This document shows, in pieces, positions 15,023-28,044 of a stretch of DNA of 64,000 bases. Within the stretch, counting starts at the first letter, position 1, and each line of letters starts with the position of its first letter. The stretch lies in the NCBI GenBank assembly GCA_964247055.1, contig OZ176051.1, positions 13,392,001 through 13,456,000 on the forward strand, in the 5' to 3' direction. The notes under the pieces are model-generated. The model ran no database searches. It was not told where the DNA came from and saw nothing but the letters and a program-made list of their open reading frames with translations. The DNA is from Paragordius varius (Eukaryota; Animalia; Nematomorpha). A program made the position numbers and the translations under genes.

Positions 15023-18000
15023 ATTTACAGTTTGGGGTGGCACAAAGCAAATAATTATTACGAAAAATAAATATTTTTTGAGTCATTTTTTATATAATCT
15101 TAATTATATGAAAATAAATAAATAATGTTGTTTAATAAGACCTCTGGTTGCTACAATCATTACAAATAGTAAACATAAAATTTTATAAAGATACAATGGA
15201 TAATTAATACATCTTGCGACTTCTCTTGTCAAAGATCATTAAAATTTATTTGATTTTATGGATTACTGCATACCAGGTTTTAATACAATTATTTTTACTT
15301 CACAATAAAATAGATCAAATCGAAAAGAGTGTCGCTGCAGTTTTAAGTTTTAGATATATTAAGACAATTTTTATACTTATTTGTTTTACAGCGGGAACAT
15401 TATTAATATCTACAATTAAAAGATCTAAAATAGCTTCATCTATTTATGATGCGATATAGAAAATTGCACTGCAAATTTATGAAGTGTTTAAACATTTTTC
15501 TTATTTGATGTAATCTCGAATCTTAATTGAAAATGTCGAATATATTGCAGTTTTAATTAATAATTTTTAGTTTGATTCGCTTTTATCTAAATTGTCTTAT
15601 TGATAAAGGTAAATGACAAATTGATAATGTTTTGTAATAACAGTTGTTAATACGTAGGATTATGAAAGATGTATGAAAACATAATTAGAAATAAACTAAA
15701 AATTATATTTAAAAATTAAAATTATATATAATATATGAAACCATTCATCAATGGTAATCGTAGACTATTTCGTGCTTGTTAGCACTCATCAGTGTGACAC
15801 AACTATATGACTTGGGATTATCAATATATATCCAACTTTGCAATTTTGGTATAAATGCAGTTGGATATGAAAATTTAAATTAATTTAATTGACATTTGTG
15901 AAAATTAAATTGAAAATCCAAAATTAAACCGCAAATTGAATTTAACCCTAGATATAGAGTATAGTTACTTAGGGATTCCATAGAAATCAATTTAATAACT
16001 AAGCAGCACTCTTTTTAAGAAACATAAGATAAAGTTGATATTGTAAAGGTAAATGACGGATTGATTATTTGTAATCACAATTGTTCAATCCGTAAGATAA
16101 TGATTAATTAATTATTCGTTTATCATTCATAATCTTACGGATTTAATAACTGTCTTATTGATAGTTCATGTTAAGCGTTTTTGAACTGCTTTTTTAAGCA
16201 AAGCCACGGTGGATTTGCATATCAAAGAAGTACATTTATCATTGTTCATTATAAAAAATAATCTTCTAACCATTCATTTCTGCGATATATTTTATCAATT
16301 TATGGCTTGAATTTTTAATTATACAATATAGTATATATCTTCTGTTATTTTGTTAAATTTAAACTTTATTCCAAAGAAATACATATGAATTAATAAATCT
16401 CATAAAATAAATTAAATTAATTTATTAAATATAAATTTTTGTTAACAAGTAAATTTTTTCGATCACAAAATAAATATAAATTATGAAAATAAATTATTGT
16501 GGAAAAAAAATGAAAAAAATGTTTTCTACATTTTTTAAAGATTTTAAGGCGGCTACGTTTTGAAATCTCGCGGTCACGAAATCGACCCCAGTCGATTGTT
16601 TGACCCCGGCTATAGAGTATATAGAGACTAAATGTAGAAGATTAATAAATTTAAGTTGTTCAAGAATGGATTAATCACTTATAATATACAGCTCACCAAA
16701 AAACCTCATTTTAAAGCGATGCTAACTGCTTGATATTAACATGGTATCGGCAAATTATTTACAAAAGATTTCGCATTATTTATTAAAATAATTTACTATG
16801 TTTGTTTCTGAATGCCCTTCATATGGAAATCAAGTTCCGGTACATGTAAGATTCATCATTTTATATTTTCAGGTCTAGGACAATAAATAAATAATTGATA
16901 TTTTGTATTTATTTTTTATTTTAACCACAATCAGCCGTGCCAACTAGCCCAACTACACCTGTAGCTAGCACTACTTCCATGATGGTTACGACCCCAACGA
17001 GCCCTTTGCCAACAACAGTGACAACTCTTATAAGTACGGCTCTATTAACCACCCCCTCAACAGCCCTTATTCAAACCAGCTCTGTTACTATTAGTCCCTC
17101 TTCTATGGAAACTATTCAAACATTACCATCCACTACAATGATGTTCACAAGAGGTAAAAATCGAATGAAAAATTAAAATTTACAATTTCGTAGTGAGTTA
17201 AGACTCGGTCTCTAATTAATTAGAGAGATTAAACTGTATTTGCGAAGAATTAAGTGTTATTCATATTTTCTTAGCAACAAGGGTAATAATAAGGGCCCGT
17301 TTTACCAGGCCTTTTAGTAGGAGAGTTGGAACCAGAAGGAGTACTAGAAAATATACCAGAAGAACTCCTCGGATGCGATCAAGAACACCCCAGCGAACTA
17401 TTCGTATGAGAACACCCCAAAGAACGATTCGTAGAAGAACTCCACAACCAAATAATCGCAGAAGAACAAGAGTACGAAGGACTCGTGTCACAAAAAGTAT
17501 ATAAAATTTGACTTTGCAATTGGTGCCAAAATATTAATAAGCAACTATAAACCAGCGTAAAGTTTCAATTAATTGTGACTTTACAGACTCTCTTCCGTTT
17601 TAATAAAGATTTATTAAAACTTTGAAAAGCTATAGGGCTGCCAATGATTATCAAAATTTTAGACGATCTTTGGCACACCAATGCGTGCACCCGCGCTCTT
17701 TTAACTTATCTATAATGATCTCTAAAATATGTTTACTATTTAATTAAATTTAATTTGACACCTCAATAAAATCCTAGGCTGCATAAATGAGATATTTTAA
17801 CAAAGGTTACAGATAAATAAGTGAAAAATGTTTTTTCTTATATGATAGGCTCCTGATATAGTATTTATCGCAGTTTCAACGGCAAACTCCTAGTTTTAGG
17901 GTTTAATTAATAGGGATAAAAAATGGACTAATTAATAAACTTTATCATATATTTTTAGATATTAATGGCTTAAATCTGTCCTAGGTTTTTTTGATCAACC

Positions 18001-18156
18001 TTTTAAAGTAACAATATATATCTTAAATATATTTATATATTATTTCTCTCTTTTGAATCTATCATAGGACGCACCACACGGTCACAAAGAAGAAAACGAA
18101 CCCGAAAAATAAAATTGGTTTATTCATCTTTGTTTTCGACAAAAACGAAAAATTAA
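10670..18156 (+). CDS. Spliced gene, 5' end not found: Cys-rich module + mucin-like segment + Arg-rich tail; exons 10670-10820, 16935-17153, 17275-17496, 18068-18156 (226 aa)
   Basis: All four exons have AG acceptors; three GT donors (gtagtt, gtaaaa, gtatat) join in phase 1 with no stop until TAA at 18154-18156. Each exon has a distinct non-random composition: 10 Cys in 50 aa; 44/72 T/S/P; 28/74 Arg; RRTTRSQRRKRTRK. Confidence 0.78.
11473..11518. repeat. (AT)n microsatellite
   Basis: Direct dinucleotide run. Confidence 0.95.
14141..14216. repeat. (AT)n microsatellite
   Basis: Direct dinucleotide run; source of the YIYI ORFs. Shorter runs also near 13060, 14995, 35020, 42030, 47775. Confidence 0.95.
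14886..16609 (+). mobile_element. hAT-type MITE (family A) enlarged by internal insertions
   Basis: Left end CAGGGTGGCCAAG, right end GTTTGACCCCGG; flanks TTATAGAG (14878-14885) and CTATAGAG (16610-16617), a 7/8 TSD match. Internal blocks (aatttcacgcgggca.gtatgaatatt; atcgaaaagagtgtc) are shared with 43378-44042 and, inverted, 27384-28044. Confidence 0.8.
15755..15800 (-). ncRNA. Type I minimal hammerhead ribozyme-like motif (decayed), likely Penelope-derived
   Basis: Minus strand: GTGTCACA-CTGATGA-GTGCT-AACA-AGCAC-GAAA-TAGTC-TACGATT. Core boxes and 5-bp stem II perfect; stem I partly mismatched. Confidence 0.65.
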
Positions 18157-18609
18157 CCTTACAAAATCTAATTAATTATTATTATTGTTATAAAATGTTT
18201 TAAATGATTATTATAAATAGATCAATATGTTTATTTTGAGAAAAAATTATGTTAAAATGTTTTTTTTTCCTACAAATACATAAACCTATATATTAATTTA
18301 ATTGATACATATAAGGCTCCACTTAAAGCACATATCAAACCTTTTTAAGTAGGAATTGGGTTTAATTTTGTGCACATGTTTAAGGCTTACGAGACCAATA
18401 TTGTCATATAATTTTTTATGTATTATCGTGTCTCATTCAAGCAAAATTTACATCTTTCATAAATAGTTGAGAGCAGACTTTAAAACTTAGATATATGTCA
18501 GTTAGCTTTTTTAAAAAATTGAATTATCAAAACCGGGCGTATAAAATATTTTGATAGATTACATATAATATGATAAAAAAATCAAAATTATCATGGTACT
18601 TTAAAAACG

Positions 18610-20777
18610 ATTTGTGTATCTGTCAGGGGTTTTTCGGCTTCTGGTGGGATAGCGTCTCTCGATTGGTACTTCAAGGCTTGGGGCTGCAATCTTGTCTCCG
18701 TGTGGAGTTTGTTGATTATTGTGGAATTCTTGAATATCTGGGGAAAAATTGGTATCATCTATATTAATATTGTTAACAATGAGAGGACCATGAGAGGGGG
18801 GCTATAATATTTATTATTATTGTGCTGTTCCGGTTCCGATTCTTTCTGGTCGGCGAACTTAAGTTCATCTGGACCTTCTTTTCGCACTCTTAATTGATCA
18901 GTATGTCTTCGTAAAAACTTTAATTCTATCTTCGATATTGTATGGCAATAAATCCGCTCTACTACTTTCATTTCTCTCCAACCGGCTTCTAATTCATTCT
19001 TTATAAATACTTTCTTACCTCGAACGAACTCACATATATTATTTGAGGTACCATTAATATAATCCTTTGGTATTTCTTTTATCCAGGACAGTGGTGTCGG
19101 TAAATTTTGTTTTAGGAATAGTCGTGCAGGTGTTTCATTGATACCATTGTGATGTGCTGACCTGCAAGCCCACAGTACCTGGTTTAACCGGCGTTCTGGA
19201 TCTGCTACTTCAGAATTACACATATAATAGTGCGTTTTCAAGGTTTGAATAACCCTTTCCACTAAACCACTTGTCCGAGGGTGGTATGGCGCAGAAGTTA
19301 AATGCTTGATATTAGTGGAATTTATTATTCTTTCAAATTCACCGGACCTAAAATACGACGCATTATCAGTTAAATCATCTCTGGGGTTCCATATCGTGCA
19401 AACCAACTTTCTAAAACTTTAAAAAACTGATCGAGTTTACTGTTTTAAGCTGTGCCACTTCCACCCAACTGGTACAGTGATCTATAAGCATGGCCCAATG
19501 GGCCCCGTTATATCAAGATGCAATCGCTTCCAAACGGTGGTCTTCGGGTTTCATTTAAAAGTCGGGCTTACTGCAATGTTGAGCCGTGACTTTTGACAAC
19601 TTGAACATCTTTGCACCCATTTCTCGATATCCTGGTTTAATTTGGAAACACACCAGTCTTACCTAGCGCTTTCATGGACTGGTTACCAAGGTGACATTTA
19701 TGAAAATAAGTAAGAATATCGACCCTCATGCTTTGAGGAACAATAAGACGGTCACTTAGATATAGAAGGCCGTATAACTCTTTGATATCATTTTTTAGTG
19801 GTTTATAGGACTGTACCCCGGGATGAAACCAAACATTGGTCTTTCGTGCTGCTTTAATCTGTTTACACACCTCATCGCTCATAGTTTCCTTAAGCACCCT
19901 GTCCTTGTTTATGTTTAACTCCTGATACCATAGCAACCGGACCTCCTGCGCTATATCCTCATCAGTGGCACACTCTTCGGTTATCTCAGTTGGTAGTATT
20001 GATAGTGAGTCAGATTTTCGGTTCCCCGGTAGTACATTATGTTGAAGTCAAAAATGATGTTTTTAAAATCCACCTTAGCAATATACTATTGTTTAGCTCG
20101 CCTAATGCACGTTAATGACCGAATAATTTGATAAGAGGTTTATAATCTCTTCTGATATCGAATTTTCTACCATATAAAATGTTAACTTTCTCTAGAGTCA
20201 TACAATGACTCTTGCCTTATTTTCTATAACCGAATATTTTTTTCAGCTGGGAAACATTTTTTAAATATGCAATGGGTCGTTTAATTTTTAGTTGGTTGAA
20301 ATATTTTCCGCTTCATAAATTTCCTCCCAAATGTTTTCAATGATAAGAAAAGAATTGTTCCATTTCAGAAATATTATCAATTCCCGATTGGGCAAGAAAG
20401 ATGGCTTTAATATTATCATTATTATCCTCTATTCCTTTAATTAATGGTTTTTTTTCGTAAATATTTAATATATATTCCGTAAAATTATTATTGATTTTAA
20501 AACTTTCAATACTTATTTTTTCCGTAATAATGACTACCGCGCCAATGATATTAGCGAAAGCAATTTATTGTGGCATAAAAAATTATATATATCTATGTAT
20601 AAATATATTGCAGTTTATACAGTTTTAGAGCAAGGTTGCATTTTTGCAGAAGGTTAAATATTACAATATCTAGATGAAAGGATTCACAACCAAGTTATAT
20701 ATTTGCATAAGGTTATCTATTACAGTATTTGAGTGAAGGCATTCACAACCAATGTAATATACATATTTAACATAACA
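18610..20777 (-). mobile_element. Internally deleted Ty3/gypsy element A: 5' LTR, PBS-like site, gag-like stub, RNase H, integrase
   Basis: Integrase HLTSAPYHPRTSGLVERVIQTLK, WKRLHLDITG, RRYPTRSRKTPDRY; RNase H KRPIAY. PBS-like TGGCGCGGTAGTCA at 20544-20531. The RT domain is missing (junction ~20285). Confidence 0.88.
20546..20777 (-). repeat. 5' LTR of gypsy A (232 bp)
   Basis: Minus strand starts TGTTATGTT and ends TATCA, contains AATAAA, and is followed after one base by the PBS-like site. Shares a motif (ttgtga...tttca.ct..atattgtaatattta) with the LTR at 33459. Confidence 0.75.
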
Positions 20778-21868
20778 AGGACAAAAGTGTATTATGCACT
20801 AAGGTAAGAGAGAATGATAACATTATATTTTAAGTTAAATAATATAGAAAAGGTTTGAGTTAGTTAACAAAAACAATTAATTTATTAAACATAATAGGTA
20901 CTTTGACGAGTAATTTTATATCCCAATTCGGTTATCACTCCATATCGAAAAGTTAAAATAAACGCACATATAAAATCAATTAAATTTTTTAGAAAGCTAA
21001 TTTCTTTGTTCAACAACATAATAAATTAGTTGAACTACATTCAAAAATCTGAAAGCTCACTCTTTAATGGGCTTGTAATCTAAAAAAATGGAATTTCTCA
21101 AAGTTATTTAATACATGCTAAATTATGACAAAAAATTAAATTTTTAAACTTATGCCCAAATTTAGCAGAAGCGTGATTAATTATTTTTAATACTATTTTT
21201 TGCAATCAAAACGGGCAGCTACTTCTTAATATTATTTTCCTCCTACCAAACAAGATTCGGAGTCAGCGATTTATGTACAAAGATATGCATGATTATTATA
21301 TAATTAGGTATTTCTAATCAAAAATTTAATTAATAAGTTATTTTATTGATATCTAAATATAATTTAAACAATTGACAAAATATAACTTTTATGGTGATTT
21401 AATAACGCTTCTTTAAAATTTAAGGTATATCTAATTTTTAATCATTATGAGGATACAAATTGTTTAAAACTTTAATAGCTTAGACCAATGAAGCTCCGAA
21501 AATTTTATGACCGAATTAAATATTTATTTTGTCTCAAGGGCAGTGCTCAATAGAATATCTATTAAATGTATAAATGTTTGTTTGAAATTTTCTCATATTT
21601 AAACTATAAATCGGCTTATTGAAAACCAGGCCGCATATAAATCGCAAAAGCCTATTTCATATTCAATTGTATGTATGTTGTTAAAGTCGTTGTATATAGC
21701 TTTTTCGTAGGTAATTATGCGCCAATTTGCCATATCTTGTAATTAAGATATATTAGATTTAAGAATCAGTATGTTTGAATTAGATTTTGTGCCGAGCGCA
21801 TTTTACAACAGTCACGCTTTTTTCCTTCCACTTTAGATGTCATTCTATAATATTCCAATTTTATAAGA

Positions 21869-22924
21869 ATGTCTCCAAAATACAATAACAATAATTTTAA
21901 AAATAAAATATCACAGTGGTATGCGACAAAAATGGGGATTAGGTCTTTGCTAAGGTAATTTGATTAAATTTGTTTTATATAAATAGTATGAATGATTGAT
22001 ATATTTTACTATTTATTAGTTTACGTTTGCGGTCCGTACCACAACGTTAACTTTCCCAACATAATATACTTTGGATTTTATTTATACATAAATAAGATAT
22101 ACAATATGCAATATCGATATAATATCAATAAATTCTAATTAATAATTCCATCAAAATGAATTAATTATAACGGCAAATATTTAAAAGAGATAAACAATTT
22201 TAAATATTTCTTTTGCGCCTTAAAACCTTTATAATTAAAGATCAAATAGGAAAAAATTCTGTTTTTTAATATTTGTTTGTTTTTTATTCAAATAGTTCTG
22301 TTTTGCCAATTCACCAATTGAATAAATTAGCCAGCATTAAAATGCATACTGTAAATTAAAGGCCCATATAATTATACAAAAAGGAATATCACTCGATAAG
22401 CAAATAAATATGTTGTCTCTCAATGAACTGTGTAATGAATGCCATGTATATATTTTTAAATAATAACAGTAATGAATATATGTTTATTACATGAAAAAGT
22501 ATTAAAGCGCTAATTTTATCCGTAATGATGAAGTATGCAACATAGTTAAATATTAAAATAATTGTGGTATAGGTTAAAATTATTTCGCATGATTCCATAC
22601 GCATAGTGCGAATCTGCCGACATAGAAATTTTTATAATATATATCATAGTGTGCTTGGGTGTAAATTTTGTGCTTTTTATGAGACTAATTAATTAGAAAA
22701 ATCAATGATAGTTTACATAATGTGGAAACTTTGAGGGTCAAGTACCATGTAATTACACTGGACCAATTGAGGGATATATCTAATAAAATTTTCTTATAAT
22801 TAAATGTTTCAGGATTATCATGGTCTTTTGTATTTTTTTTTTGCATTTTTGTAGTGATCTCGAAAATTAGTATACCGGAATTGAATTTTAGCACACATTG
22901 TTATTCTCGTGGAATATTGGTTTG
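21869..22924 (+). CDS. Tentative spliced membrane-protein exons (21869-21954, 22020-?, 22813-22924)
   Basis: Good splice signals (ttccttccactttag, AAG|gtaatt, tgtttcag|, TTG|gtaagg) and a 65-nt intron at 21955-22019. Peptides MSPKYNNNNFKNKISQWYATKMGIRSLL and GLSWSFVFFFCIFVVISK. No family recognised. Confidence 0.28.
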
Positions 22925-24799
22925 GTAAGGCCTGAGGTTTGATTTGAGCCCAGGTGCTAGCCTTATAATATCTAACATATGGCTAAAAGGAAATTTTTAC
23001 ACATAATCAAATCGCCTATCATTGCCATAATAATTTTGTTGTTTTTTTTGTATAGATAACAAAAATAGACAAATATAAACATTAGAAAAATATTAATAAA
23101 ATAATGTTGTATTTAAATTTAACAATAATTGACGACCTCATGATTATAAAATTATATATGATAGTGCAATCATTATAATTTTATTAAATATTGTAATTAG
23201 GTAAAAAATTTTTAACCAATTTCAATTATTTTCAAAAATAAAAGCGTTTTTATTGAATAACACGTTATTTAGACTGGGAAGTGGCATAATTTTATATTTT
23301 GTTTTTTATATTTCGATTTTTAAACTATTAGCACTTATTTCTCACTTTTTTGTCCTAGTTCACATAATGGGGGTGTTTTAAATCCAAAGGAATTTCCTAA
23401 ATAAACACATTTTTGGAAGTTGTATAAAACTTAATTATCAAACATTGTCCTCATGTTTTATATAAAAAAGCTTATATTATTTACAGTTTTGTGATTCCTA
23501 GAGTCTGAAATTGGGACACCTCTAAAACATGATTTAAACGAGCAGCTGATTTTGTTTGCTGGTAAATATAGCCTAAGCTTCTTAAAAATAATTATTTACA
23601 TTTTCTACCATAATATTTATTTATATGCCTGTTGAGCTATTTAATAAATTTAATGAAAAAAAGGCGGGAAGAAGTTTAAAATCAGGATTTTTTTACAATT
23701 GTACATTTTTAACAAAATTTTGTGAAGGCAGGCTAAAAAAGCATCTTTTTTAATTCGCCTTAATAGCTCAAATTAAAGATAGTCAAATTTCAAATCGCTC
23801 TAGGATATAAAACTATCCCAAAAGGTAATGGAGTGTTAAATTCATATAAAATAAATAATTGTTAAATTGGGCTTACAGGAAATTCAGGCAAAAGACTAAG
23901 ATGTAAAAATGGACCCGAAACTAGTTATTAAAATTCTTTGGTCGGGTCCGATTTAATTTTAAAGTTTTTCAGTTCATCAAAATACAGAAAACCGAAAATG
24001 GACTATAAAACAAAATGTTTTAATAGCTGAAAATCTTAAAAAATGACGCAAATAATCCTATTATTACACTCCTGGTTTAATATAGCTAATATGTATATCA
24101 CAATCATTTTGCAAACTACGTCTCGACTTAGGTTTTTAACGATTAAACGTGAATAACTTTTGTGATTTCCTCGACAGTGTATGCTTTGATAGTTAGAACA
24201 TGAAGATAACATTAGTTAAACCATCATTTGCCATTCGAAGGCGTTGTGGAGGAGATATTATAAAAATTGATAGCACCACAAAACTGGCTCCTCAACCACC
24301 TTATTACCAAAACAGAATAAAAGTAAATAAATAAATACCTACCAATTATAAATTTGGGAAAATTTTAAGTATCGAATTTTTGACTGATGATGCCTTGAGC
24401 ATGTATAATAAGGAGTAGCTGAAAAATTAATACCATTACTTAGGCATATTTATATGCATATATATAGTATAAATATTAAATCAAACAAATCAAGTTGGTA
24501 CATTATATCTAGTGGTTGATTTGATCAGTCCATATTAAGTGGAATTTTTTCCTAGAGTTATGGAACTTCAAGAGTAGTTTATGATTTCTTTATAGGGCTC
24601 GAATGGTTATTTTTAGTTTATTATTTTTAATATGTCGTAAATGTAAAACCCATTGTATAAATAGAAATCGATAATCCACATGGTTAATGAAAATATAACT
24701 GGTAATCATTTGGAGGAGGCAGTTAAAACTAACATAAAACAAATCACAAAACCAAAAACATATGAATTAATGCGGTTAAATTAAAAATAATATGGTAAA

Positions 24800-26100
24800 T
24801 AGATAGGGTGGAGCTTGACCAGCTAATATTAAATTTGCGAAAGTTTTAGGACGGAAAAATATATTGAATGATATTGGTCTGTGTTCGAAAAACAGCTGTA
24901 CTACGGTATTAATGGCATATTTTAAAATGGGTGATATGTGTATATTTTTTGTCAGAAAAAGGCTTCAAATCTCTGTAGAAATTTTCATATGAACATAGTT
25001 GATCAGAGGGAAATTTCTGGTTCAGTCGCCTGAGACTCATATATGTAGATAAATTTTCAATTTTTAATGGGCATACACTTTCACGAGCAAATTACGTAAA
25101 AATCAATATTTTGATGAAAAGGGGCTCAACTGAAGAGCTATCTTACTTTGGCGCAGTTTTAACAATTTAAAAAAGCTATTGAAACTGACTGCTCCCACTT
25201 TTTTTTGTCGTGTAAAGCCAACAATTGTTTAAGTAAACTATCATATGGGCGGGTCGGAACTCAGGGCCTAATTAAGAAAGTCAGTGTAGGCAATTGTAAA
25301 ACATTTTATTAAATTATGACTGCACCCATACCTTTTTTCTGGAATATGCTCTAAAACCAATATTTGTTAAAAAATTTACAGGGGCGGGACTGAAGATAGG
25401 CGCTAATTCAAAAAAAAATGAATTATCCGCGCATTTATAAATAATAAAAATTTACTACTTTTGAATCGCATAAGGCCTACACATCTTCCAAAAAATTGTT
25501 TTAAAGTCAATTTTACCTTTCACAGAAAGTGGGACGAAATTGAGAGATTAATATAAAAAAGGGCTCTTTCGGCCAATTATAAAACTACTCAAAACTTCTA
25601 TAGAAACCGACTGTGCCCACACGGTTTTCAGAACGTGTTCCAAAGTCAAGGATTGTTCCAAAAATCCTATTCTTTATAATAGGTTGATGAGGTTTTATTT
25701 AGAAAAAGCTTATTCACTTTCGGCGCAAAAAATATTAACAAAAGTATATTGAACTGAATGGGCCGCACGTTCTCCGGAAACGTCTTTTCAATCTAAAATT
25801 TTAGACATTCCTTTTTTTTAAAAAAAGCTAAAAAACAATTTTTTGGTCAAAGGTGGACGCTTCATACCAAAAATATTATCAAAATATATCACTTATATTT
25901 TAATAGCAAAACAATATTTTTTTTGATGTGGTTCCGAATCTCGCGAATTTTGCTCCCTCTAAAATCGGCTAGTTTTCCTCTAATAAACGCAAAAATACGG
26001 ATATATCCTGATATGTTCTATTTCTATATGATGGATTATGGCATCGAAAAAAATATTAAAAAATGGAACTAAAAAATTTTTTTGCGAAATTTTATATTTT
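24800..26100 (-). mobile_element. Old, diverged Helitron-related repeat
   Basis: Motifs such as gggcgggtcggaactcagggcctaatt and ggccgcacgttctccggaaa resemble internal motifs of the Helitrons at 37421, 48096 and 60224; termini not found. Confidence 0.45.
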
Positions 26101-26325
26101 ACTTCATGCTATTCTGAAGTATGTTAAAAACGGTATACAAAACGCTTCAAACTATAATGACCGTGGTACTGTAAATACATTTGTTTGTATCAAACAATGT
26201 ATGGAGAGAGGCCGGCAAAGCGCGGCAAGTGGGTGGTCAATAGCGCGGACTACCAAATCATCAAAAATTAAAAATAACAAAATTACAGCTTATATTGATA
26301 GATAATGTTGTGATTTCAAATACTA

Positions 26326-26570
26326 CAGGCGTGTCCAACACAAATGGCTTCGCGGCAAAAACAAATATTTTTTACATTATAAACATATGAATGAAAAAAT
26401 AGTACTTATTTTAACAAATTATGCTAGTTCAGTCCATCAAAATTTGAAAAAAAACTTTATCAAAAAATTTGGTTACAAAAATTAGTTCTAGTTAGATTAC
26501 GTAAAATTTTATTTGAGATTTTTCGCGGGTTGCAGAAATATTTTGGAGGGCCGTGTGTTGGACAAACCTA
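26326..26570 (+). mobile_element. hAT-type MITE, present only in arm 1
   Basis: TIRs CAGGCGTGTCCAAC / GTTGGACAAACCTA; flanks AAATACTA / ATTTACTA (6/8); absent from the matching point of arm 2 (~44685). Confidence 0.7.
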
Positions 26571-27383
26571 ATTTACTATAATATTGAAAATTGTTTATAC
26601 ATCCCCCAATTTTATTTTAGACTCGTAAAACATATATTTATATATTAAATTTTGAAATGCATATTTTAGTTACATTTGAATATTTTCAGCTTGACAGAGC
26701 GACTCTTTCAAATTAATCCCATATAATTAACTTAAAATCCTTTTGCAAAATATACTATAAATTCATGGTTATCGATCTTATTATTATTGTAAAAATTATG
26801 GCTGAGTGCATATATAAAAACCACCAAAATTAGACAACGTACATTTATAAGATATTTATAAAAGACTCATATTTTCCTTTTTAAACTATTATGAGACAGT
26901 GTTAATATGGAAAAAATATGAGCGTATGCAAACCCGTAAAAGGAGTTAATGACAGTCTTTTCATTCTGACAAAAATATCAGCATAATTATATTAAAATTT
27001 ACACAATATTAAGCTTTTTAAATTCGGGATCTCATTATATTTTAGTTTTTCTACCAGCCCTAATATGATCACATTACTTAAAAATATCCTTTAAAATATT
27101 TCGCTATTTGTTTTTTAATGTATGAATACACTTAATAATATTTTTTTAACATATTGAAAACTATTATCGCGCGATGGTACTTTGTTGTATCTTTCAGAAT
27201 GATCTTTTAGTTAAGATCGTAGTAAAAAACTAAATTTAACAAAATCTGTTTTTGATTTAAAGTTTTAAGACTATATTAAAACAATTACTCTTGTATATAA
27301 ATATATTTTTAATGCCACTTCTAGAAAATGGTATTGATATATTTCACCACGGGTGAATTGTTTATATTACTTTTGTCTTATAG

Positions 27384-28044
27384 CAGGGGTGGTTAAACGG
27401 TGGACCGCGGTCGACTTTGTGCGAGATTTTAGACATGACGGCCTAAAAATTTTTAAAAAATATAACGAATTCTTATTTTAAAAAATCGGCACTACCTATT
27501 CTTACGTCTGTAATAACAAATTCACCACCTCAATACCAATTTCTTATGTCAAAACTGCGTCGCACTCTTTTCAATGTGATAAAATTTACTATCTTGAAGC
27601 ATATGTCCATTATTTAATACCTGGTATACAGTAATTCATAAAATCGGGTAAATTATAAATACTTAGGCAAGAGCTAAAAATCCATTTTTTACTTCAATCG
27701 AAAATCCGTAGAATGATGGACAGTTAATTATCCATTGTAAATTTAATAAATTATGCAATTGTTTTAATATTTGTACTGATTGTGGAAACCAGTGTTTTTC
27801 TGAATCACCATTTTTATGTTTTATAATAAAATCAAGATAATATATAAAAATAACTACTCAAAAATAATTAATTATTTGTCATAATATTAATTTTAAAATG
27901 GCTTGGGCTAGTCACCCCAATCCGTAATAGTGATATATATTTGCATCCTTTGTGTTGAAGTGATAAATGAATCTTTTAATACTTAATATTCATACCTGCC
28001 CGCGTGATATTTCTGGCAAAAAATTAGCTTGCGGGTAAAAAATG
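27384..28044 (-). mobile_element. hAT-type MITE family A copy
   Basis: Begins CAGGGGTGGTTAAAC; perfect 8-bp TSD TCTTATAG at 27376-27383 and 28045-28052; the other TIR is mostly deleted. Confidence 0.85.

Noticed and set aside
17261-17491. 76-aa hydrophobic minus-strand ORF
   Set aside because: Antisense shadow of the Arg-rich + strand exon, which has phase-matched splice sites.
22389-22894. Two hydrophobic minus-strand ORFs suggesting a GPCR
   Set aside because: Separated by stops, no GPCR motifs, and better splice signals on the + strand.
24383-24425. CTGATGA...GAAA hammerhead-like string
   Set aside because: No stem II closing next to GAAA and no stem I or III.
26200-26250. GCCGGCAAAGCGCGGC hairpin resembling a Helitron 3' end
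   Set aside because: Not followed by CTRR, and orientation conflicts with the adjacent Helitron-like sequence.
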